A stretch of 40,291 nt of DNA from Planctomycetes bacterium GWF2_50_10 (GTDB lineage Bacteria > Planctomycetota > Phycisphaerae > Sedimentisphaerales > GWF2-50-10). Below, one piece after another: positions 34,141 to 40,291 of this stretch. Location of the stretch: assembly GCA_001824635.1 (NCBI GenBank), contig MHYB01000014.1, positions 1 through 40,291 on the forward strand, in the 5' to 3' direction. Numbering within the stretch: position 1 is the stretch's first letter; every line of letters starts with the position of its first letter. The translations under genes were made by a program, and so were the position numbers. The notes under the pieces were generated by a model. That model saw only the letters and a list, made by a program, of their open reading frames with translations, did not search any database and had not been told where the DNA came from.

Positions 34141-35294
34141 CCGCCATTGTAAGAACACTCGATGAAATTTTAATCGCGCCTGCTCATCCCGGCCGCGGCG
34201 CCACGCAGGAATATTTCCTGAACATGGGCCCCCAGCACCCCATAGCTCACGGCTCACTCAGAGTAATATTGCTCCTCGACGGCGAGACGATACGCAAAGT
34301 CATACCTGTCCCCGGATACGTCCATCGCGGCATCGAAAAAATGTGCGAGCATCTCAATTACAGGCAAATAATACATCTTACAGACCGCATGGATTATCTT
34401 TCAGCCCTTATGAACAACTGGGCCGTCGCCAGAACAGTTGAAAAAGCCGCCGGCATAGAGATTAACGACCGCATTGAAAGCATCCGCACCATAATGGCCG
34501 AACTGCAAAGAATACAAAGCCATGCCCTCTGGTGGGGTGTCCTCGGCATGGATCTCGGCGCGTTTACCGCCTTCTTATATTCGTTCCGGGACAGGGAGAT
34601 CATCGGCGAAATATTTGAAGAGACAATAGGCGCACGCCTCACAATGAATTATATCCAGCCCGGCGGCGTGATGTATGACATAACCCCTGATTTCACCGCT
34701 AAGGTCAAAAAAGTTCTGGCGTACATGAAGCGTATGGTGGAAGAATACGACACGCTCCTTTCCGGCAACGTCATACTCCAGGAAAGACTCCGCGGCGTCG
34801 GCATACTCAGTGAAAAAAGAGCCGTCAGTCTTGGCTGCACCGGCCCCGTGCTCCGTGCCGCCGGCCTGGCGTATGACCTTCGCAAAGTAGAACCTTATGG
34901 CGCCTATGAAAAAGCGCAGTTTGATGTTGTCGTTGGAACAACCGGCGATTGCTGGGACAGGTATTATGTGCGCATCGAAGAAATGCGGCAATCCATACGC
35001 ATCATCGAGCAGCTCATAGACGATATACCCGCAGGCCCAACTATGGTAACCAAATTCAATACAAAAATTAAATTGCCCGTCGGCCGCTATTACAACCACG
35101 TTGAAACTGCCAGGGGCGTTCTTGGTGTGTTCATTTATTCCGATGGCGGCGACAAACCTTACCGCCTCCATTTCAGATCGCCCAGCTTTAATAACATGTG
35201 GGCCATAACGAAAATTGCTCCAGGCTGGCGCATCGCCGATATGATCGCGATACAGTCGAGCCTTGACCTTGTGATACCTGATATTGACCGCTGA
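34137..35294 (+). CDS. nuoD: NADH-quinone oxidoreductase subunit D
   Basis: 385 aa with NMGPQHPIAHGSLR and a C-terminal ...SLDLVIPDIDR. Its start overlaps the nuoC stop (ATGA). Confidence 0.9.
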   Translation: MTAIVRTLDEILIAPAHPGRGATQEYFLNMGPQHPIAHGSLRVILLLDGETIRKVIPVPGYVHRGIEKMCEHLNYRQIIHLTDRMDYLSALMNNWAVARTVEKAAGIEINDRIESIRTIMAELQRIQSHALWWGVLGMDLGAFTAFLYSFRDREIIGEIFEETIGARLTMNYIQPGGVMYDITPDFTAKVKKVLAYMKRMVEEYDTLLSGNVILQERLRGVGILSEKRAVSLGCTGPVLRAAGLAYDLRKVEPYGAYEKAQFDVVVGTTGDCWDRYYVRIEEMRQSIRIIEQLIDDIPAGPTMVTKFNTKIKLPVGRYYNHVETARGVLGVFIYSDGGDKPYRLHFRSPSFNNMWAITKIAPGWRIADMIAIQSSLDLVIPDIDR

Positions 35295-35301
35295 GGATTT
35301 G

Positions 35302-36414
35302 ATGGATTTGATTTATACTATGACAACCTCCGCAGCCGCGACAGATGTGATCACGCTCGCCGATCGCGCGTCGGCTGCTGTGGATACCAACATCTGGCTG
35401 TCCATATTATATATGGTATTAGCGCTGGTCAGTATCGGGGCACTTACGGCAGTGCTCGGCATAGTTCTCATTTACGCTGAACGCAAGATCGCCGGCCATT
35501 TCCAATGCCGTCTTGGCCCGATGCGCGTTGGCCCCCACGGCATATTGCAGACCGTTGCCGATACTCTAAAGCTCCTCCTCAAGGAAGACGTCGTCCCCGC
35601 CTCCGCCGATAAGGCCATGCACTTCGCAGCCCCGCTTATGTCCCTCATGGCCACCGTCCTCGTCCTCGGCGTAATACCTTACAGCCCGATCCTCCAAGTA
35701 ACCGATGTCAACATCGGCATCCTGTACGTTACCGCCGTCAGCGGCCTTGGTGTTATGGGCATACTCCTTGGCGGCTGGAGTTCAAATAACAAATGGTCGC
35801 TCGTAGGCGGTATGCGAGCAGCCGCCCAGATGATATCCTACGAAATATCCGCGACCCTTTCGGTGCTGGTAATGGTATTATTCGCCAGCACGCTCTCGCT
35901 AAATGGTATAGTGCAAAGTCAGGAATCCGGCTGGTGGATCTGGCGCGCCCACGGCACAGGCCTTGTGGCTTTTGTCATATTCATCATCGCCTCGACAGCC
36001 GAAATAAACCGCACGCCGTTTGATATCCCTGAAGGCGAGTCGGAACTCACCGGCGGCTTTCACACCGAATATTCCGGCCTGCGATTCGCGTTCTTCTTCT
36101 TGTCCGAGTTCATAAACATGTTCGCCGCCTCCGCCATCGCCGCAACCCTGTTCCTTGGCGGCTGGATGCCTTTCTATATAGAAGGTTTTGAAACCTTCAA
36201 TAAGATCACATCCTTGCTCCCGCCCACCCTGTGGTTCCTGGGCAAAACAGCGTTTTTAATTTTTATATTCATGTGGTTCCGGTGGACCTTCCCCCGCCTC
36301 CGCGTCGATCAGCTTATGCGGCTGGAATGGAAGATACTCCTGCCGATCGGCTTTATAAACCTCATCGCCGCCGCGGTGATCGTGCTTACTAAATTTTATT
36401 TTTTCCCGGTGTAA
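35302..36414 (+). CDS. nuoH: NADH-quinone oxidoreductase subunit H
   Basis: I set the start at ATG 35302 (GAGGA upstream); the track start at 35284 is TTG inside nuoD. The ND1 signature is YAERKIAGHFQCRLGPMRVGPHGILQ. Confidence 0.9.
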   Translation: MDLIYTMTTSAAATDVITLADRASAAVDTNIWLSILYMVLALVSIGALTAVLGIVLIYAERKIAGHFQCRLGPMRVGPHGILQTVADTLKLLLKEDVVPASADKAMHFAAPLMSLMATVLVLGVIPYSPILQVTDVNIGILYVTAVSGLGVMGILLGGWSSNNKWSLVGGMRAAAQMISYEISATLSVLVMVLFASTLSLNGIVQSQESGWWIWRAHGTGLVAFVIFIIASTAEINRTPFDIPEGESELTGGFHTEYSGLRFAFFFLSEFINMFAASAIAATLFLGGWMPFYIEGFETFNKITSLLPPTLWFLGKTAFLIFIFMWFRWTFPRLRVDQLMRLEWKILLPIGFINLIAAAVIVLTKFYFFPV

Positions 36415-36415
36415 T

Positions 36416-37069
36416 GTGACAGAACAAATAAAAAAAGAAACCAGGAAAATTGGCTTAAAGGATATACCCGTAGCCGTCGTCTCGCCGCTGAAAAAAGCCC
36501 AGAGCGGCCTTTCCGCCCTTGCGAGCCTGGCAAAGGGAATGCGGCTTACCTTCAGCTACTTCCGCAGACCCTCAAAGATCGTTACGCAGCAGTATCCCGA
36601 AAATCGCGCAACGCTCAAATTCCCCCCGCGTTACCGGGCAATGCTCAAACTAATATATGAAGATAACGGCTACCACCGCTGCACCGCATGCGGCCTTTGC
36701 GATAAAGCCTGCCCAAACGGCAGCATCAAAGTCATCACCCGCAAGGGGGCCACTACCGGCCGAGTGGAACTAGACCGCTATATTTGGCGCCTCGATTCGT
36801 GTGTCATGTGCAACGCCTGCGTACAGGCCTGTCCGTTCGATGCCCTGGAGATGGGCCATGAATTCGAAAACGCCGTTTACGACCGGCGCCTTCTCGTTTT
36901 CAACCTCAACCGCTACGCCGGCCCGCCCGCAAGCGTGATGCTCAAAGCCGAAGAAAGCCTTCGTCCCGCCATGACAGAAAAACGGGATCGTTACGGCGGC
37001 CCAGTCCCGCTCAACGGTGCGCAAATCCCTGTCGTCAAACCTTTGACCATCCAGGAGGGGGATCTGTAA
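36416..37069 (+). CDS. nuoI: NADH-quinone oxidoreductase subunit I (2x[4Fe-4S])
   Basis: 217 aa with a GTG start. The cluster motifs are CTACGLCDKACP and CVMCNACVQACP. It has N- and C-terminal extensions relative to a minimal NuoI. Confidence 0.85.
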   Translation: MTEQIKKETRKIGLKDIPVAVVSPLKKAQSGLSALASLAKGMRLTFSYFRRPSKIVTQQYPENRATLKFPPRYRAMLKLIYEDNGYHRCTACGLCDKACPNGSIKVITRKGATTGRVELDRYIWRLDSCVMCNACVQACPFDALEMGHEFENAVYDRRLLVFNLNRYAGPPASVMLKAEESLRPAMTEKRDRYGGPVPLNGAQIPVVKPLTIQEGDL

Positions 37070-37686
37070 TGCTCTGGCAAGCTGCATATACTGTTTTATT
37101 TTACCTCTTTGCTGTCGCCGCTATATCATTCGCGATAGGAGTAACCGTAAGCAGGCGCCTGCTCCGCGCAGCCGTATACCTCATGAGCCTGCTCCTCACA
37201 GGTGCCGCGATCTACGTTATGCTCGGTGCTTTTTTCCTCGCGGGCGTGCAGGTGCTCGTCTATGTCGGCGGCATAGTGGTCGTGATAATCTTCGCTGTTA
37301 TGCTCACAAATTCCGCCCAGCTCGGTCTTGCCACATCGCCCGGCTATCGCAAGGTAATGGCTTTCGCCGCCGCCGCCGGCATGGCAATTATAAGTTGCCT
37401 TGCTCTGTGGACTTCAAAATTCAACTTGTCAGCCGCTACGGTGCCTTCAGATAACATCAAAGCAATAGGCCTAAAGCTCCTTGATAGGGGAGCCGGCGGT
37501 TATGTACTTCCCTTCGAAATAATTTCAATATTGCTTCTCGCCGCCGTAATAGGAGCAATAGTGATCGCCCGGCGAACCACCGCGCCCGGCCAGCCCTTTA
37601 CAACCCGCGGCGATGAACCCGCCGAATTAGCAAACAGCACACTCAAAACGCAGCTGTGCATCGAGCAAGAGGAGCAGAAAGTATGA
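37069..37686 (+). CDS. nuoJ: NADH-quinone oxidoreductase subunit J
   Basis: 205-aa hydrophobic ORF in the position and with the topology of ND6/NuoJ. It has a TAATG junction with nuoI. Confidence 0.85.
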   Translation: MLWQAAYTVLFYLFAVAAISFAIGVTVSRRLLRAAVYLMSLLLTGAAIYVMLGAFFLAGVQVLVYVGGIVVVIIFAVMLTNSAQLGLATSPGYRKVMAFAAAAGMAIISCLALWTSKFNLSAATVPSDNIKAIGLKLLDRGAGGYVLPFEIISILLLAAVIGAIVIARRTTAPGQPFTTRGDEPAELANSTLKTQLCIEQEEQKV

Positions 37687-38015
37687 TCGAATTTTTAGCT
37701 TCGCATACTCCCGGGCCTCACCACTGGCTTGTCCTGTCTATGATACTGTTCTCGATAGGCCTCTATGGCGTTCTGAGCAGGTCAAACGCCGTCGGCGTTC
37801 TCATGTCTGTTGAGATAATGCTCAACTCCGCCGCGATGAATTTTGTTATTTTCAATAAATACATCTCACCCGCAGCTGTTGATGGCCAGATCATGGCGAT
37901 ATTCGCGATAGCCGTCGCCGCCGCCGAAGCCGTAGTCGGCATGGCCATATTCGTCGCGATATACCGCCGCCGCTGGAGCATCGATGTCAGCACTATGGAT
38001 TTGATGAAGGATTAG
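37683..38015 (+). CDS. nuoK: NADH-quinone oxidoreductase subunit K
   Basis: I set the start at ATG 37683, which overlaps the nuoJ stop (ATGA). The protein is 110 aa with three TM helices and ND4L-like sequence (LSMILFSIGLYGVLSR...AAAEAVVGMAIF). Confidence 0.85.
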   Translation: MIEFLASHTPGPHHWLVLSMILFSIGLYGVLSRSNAVGVLMSVEIMLNSAAMNFVIFNKYISPAAVDGQIMAIFAIAVAAAEAVVGMAIFVAIYRRRWSIDVSTMDLMKD

Positions 38016-38020
38016 TCCAA

Positions 38021-39976
38021 ATGGAACATAGCGGCCTCATAATGAAATTCGCATGGCTCATCCCGGCAATACCGCTGATGTCTTTCATCCTGGTAGGCCT
38101 GGTCTTAAGGCCGTTATCCAAACGCATCGCCGGCCTCACCGCAACCGCCGCGATATTCGTTTGCGCAGCCCTGGCCTATCTTCTTGCATGGGAATACTTC
38201 AGCTCCTGTGCCCATGAATATGCCGCCATTGTTCCCGTTACCTTCGAATGGCTCCGCTATCAGGCTGGCCTCAGCGTGCAGATGGGCGTACTTGTCGATC
38301 CGATCTCCGTCCTGCTCATGGTAGTCGTTACGACCGTAAGCGCCCTCGTCCATTTATATAGCATCGGCTACATGCACGAAGACTACGGCAGATTTTTCAC
38401 ATACCTCAACCTTTTTACATTCAGCATGCTAGGCCTCGTCGCCGCCGTCAACATCGTCCAGATGTATGTCTTTTGGGAACTCGTCGGCGTCTCCAGCTTC
38501 CTGCTCATCGGCTTCTATTACAAAAAACATTCCGCCGTAGCCGCCTCCAACAAGGCCTTCATCGTTACGCGCTTCTCCGACCTCGGCTTTCTCACCGGCA
38601 TCTTGATCCTGGGCTACTACGGCTTTAAATTCTTCGTCGATACCTCCGCAGGCCAAACCGGACCGTTCGATTTCGCATATCTAAACAGCGCCGCCTTCAC
38701 AACCAAAATAGCCTCAATGCCCTCCGGCATATTCGATTTTAGTATTCTAACTTTATCGATGGTGCTCGTCTTCATAGGTGCCGCAGGAAAAAGCGCCATG
38801 TTCCCCCTGCATATCTGGCTCCCGGACGCGATGGAAGGCCCAACTCCCGTTTCAGCTCTTATCCACGCCGCTACAATGGTCGTCGCCGGTGTCTACCTCG
38901 TCGCCAGGCTCTTCCCGGCTTTTGCCGCAAGTGGATCAGCCCTGATGATGGTCGCATACGTCGGTGCCTTCACAAGTTTATTCGCCGCGATCATCGGCAT
39001 CACGCAGGACGACATCAAACGCGTCCTCGCCTTCTCCACCCTCAGCCAGATCGGCTATATGATGCTCGCCCTCGGCGTCGCCACCCCCGCTCACCCGCTT
39101 GGCTATACAGCGAGCATGTTCCATCTTTTCACCCACGCATTTTTCAAAGCCCTTCTGTTCCTCGCGGCAGGGGCCGTCATACACGCCGTGAGCACCAATA
39201 ACATTTGGGAAATGGGTGGCCTGCGAAAAAAAATGCCCGTAACGCATATAACTTTTTTAATCGCCGCCCTCGCCATCGCCGGCATCTACCCCTTCGCCGG
39301 CTTCTTCTCAAAAGATGAGATCCTCGCCTCCGCCCTGGGCAACGGCCACACGCTTATATTCGCCGTCGCCCTCACCGTCGCCGCACTCACAGCCGTTTAT
39401 ATGTTCCGAATATACTTCGTTGCATTCACAGGCAAAGCAAGAACCCATCACGCCCTCCACGCCCATGAAGCACCAAAAATAATGCTCATCCCGCTTATAG
39501 TGCTCGCGATTTTAAGCGCGATCGCCGGCTTCGTGCCGATGGGCAATTTTGTCCGCATCGGCCCCAACGTTCATAACGGCATAAACCATACCATCGCAAT
39601 CGCCGCAAGCGCAGCCGCCGTCCTGGGCATCGCCGCCGCATGGTTCTTCTACGCCGGCCAAACCGCCCGGGCTGCCGGCGCCGCCAAAACATTCGGCGTT
39701 ATCTATCTCGCCGCCAAACAGAAATTTTACATCGACGAACTATATATGTTTATCACAAAAAGCATTCTATTTAGATTCGTAGCCTCCCCGATTGCATGGT
39801 TCGACCGGCACATCGTTGATGGCGGCGTAAACCTGAGCGGCTTTCTAACACGAATGACCGGCCAAAAACTCCGCTTCGCCCAGACCGGCCAAGTCCAGAC
39901 CTACGGCTTCTGGTTTGCCGGCGGACTCTTGCTTGTGATGCTCGTAATCTGGGCCGCCATAGGAGTAAAAAGCTGA
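38021..39976 (+). CDS. nuoL: NADH-quinone oxidoreductase subunit L
   Basis: 651-aa antiporter-like ND5 subunit, with GKSAMFPLHIWLPDAMEGPTPVSALIHAATMV. Confidence 0.9.
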   Translation: MEHSGLIMKFAWLIPAIPLMSFILVGLVLRPLSKRIAGLTATAAIFVCAALAYLLAWEYFSSCAHEYAAIVPVTFEWLRYQAGLSVQMGVLVDPISVLLMVVVTTVSALVHLYSIGYMHEDYGRFFTYLNLFTFSMLGLVAAVNIVQMYVFWELVGVSSFLLIGFYYKKHSAVAASNKAFIVTRFSDLGFLTGILILGYYGFKFFVDTSAGQTGPFDFAYLNSAAFTTKIASMPSGIFDFSILTLSMVLVFIGAAGKSAMFPLHIWLPDAMEGPTPVSALIHAATMVVAGVYLVARLFPAFAASGSALMMVAYVGAFTSLFAAIIGITQDDIKRVLAFSTLSQIGYMMLALGVATPAHPLGYTASMFHLFTHAFFKALLFLAAGAVIHAVSTNNIWEMGGLRKKMPVTHITFLIAALAIAGIYPFAGFFSKDEILASALGNGHTLIFAVALTVAALTAVYMFRIYFVAFTGKARTHHALHAHEAPKIMLIPLIVLAILSAIAGFVPMGNFVRIGPNVHNGINHTIAIAASAAAVLGIAAAWFFYAGQTARAAGAAKTFGVIYLAAKQKFYIDELYMFITKSILFRFVASPIAWFDRHIVDGGVNLSGFLTRMTGQKLRFAQTGQVQTYGFWFAGGLLLVMLVIWAAIGVKS

Positions 39977-40291
39977 TGGGAATCGTAAGCTGGCTCATAG
40001 CCATACCGTTTATAACCGCTCTTGCGATAATAGCCTTGCCGCAAAAGCAGTCGCGCATGATACGCTGGGTTGCGGCAGGGGGATGTGCCATCCACCTCGC
40101 CCTCACGGCCGCCGCCACATGGCTTTTCTGGAACGCCTCCAAAGCGGATGTATCCTCTATGAAAACCGCCATGCTCACTAAACTCTACCTCGTCGAACGC
40201 CTCGAATGGTTCTCTTCACTGGGCATACAATATTTCGTCGGCCTCGACGGCATCTCTATGGCAATGGTCATACTCACATCCATAATCATCT
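39976..40291 (+). CDS. nuoM: NADH-quinone oxidoreductase subunit M (N-terminal fragment, runs off the window)
   Basis: The ATG at 39976 overlaps the nuoL stop (TGATG). My translation reads MGIVSWLIAIPFITALAIIALPQ...GIQYFVGLDGISMAMVILTSII, a typical ND4/NuoM N-terminus. Confidence 0.8.
   Translation, partial: MGIVSWLIAIPFITALAIIALPQKQSRMIRWVAAGGCAIHLALTAAATWLFWNASKADVSSMKTAMLTKLYLVERLEWFSSLGIQYFVGLDGISMAMVILTSIII

Noticed and set aside
1-40291. CRISPR arrays, tRNA, rRNA or tmRNA genes, transposases, integrases, phage genes and toxin-antitoxin pairs.
   Set aside because: I found no regularly spaced repeats of 25-40 bp, no cloverleaf-compatible intergenic sequence, and no ORF with recombinase, transposase or defence-type motifs. 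Intergenic space is small and largely accounted for.

Overview
This 40.3-kb window looks like ordinary bacterial chromosome, most likely from an anaerobe. I saw no rRNA, tRNA, CRISPR array, transposase or integrase. All family calls come from reading motifs in the translations; no database search was run.

Gene content in order:
- Minus strand, 1-4191: prmC (partial), asnS, two small membrane proteins (one with a PspC domain), glyQS.
- A 414-bp gap (4192-4605) holding a roughly 190-nt rod-like inverted repeat.
- A 950-aa chemoreceptor, a membrane-anchored double zinc-ribbon protein, a Gfo/Idh/MocA oxidoreductase and glyA.
- A TPR protein, rpsT, rnr, then crcB plus a DUF190 gene (fluoride export).
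- A YHS lipoprotein followed by cusC, cusB and cusA (Cu/Ag efflux).
- Minus strand: a translationally coupled hydB-hydA-hydC operon for a trimeric, NuoE/NuoF-containing [FeFe]-hydrogenase.
- Minus strand: a small accessory protein (below the ORF-track cutoff), a sodium:solute symporter and a beta-barrel porin.
- A proline/acid-rich protein, MscS and a small ferredoxin.
- nuoABCDHIJKLM, a complex I operon with no nuoE, nuoF or nuoG between nuoD and nuoH.

The signals that gene calls do not explain:
1. The 6S-RNA-like or MITE-like rod at 4283-4472.
2. A recurring family of degenerate tandem heptamers (RGTTnnn, three to five copies) at four or more loci. Where a gene is adjacent, they run in the same orientation as that gene.
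3. An H-cluster motif variant in HydA (TSCSPGW, with an extra Cys in SSCRSP).
4. A stack of three hairpins between the symporter and porin genes.

I found no clear-cut novel multi-gene system such as a defence island. The candidates above are the best leads.
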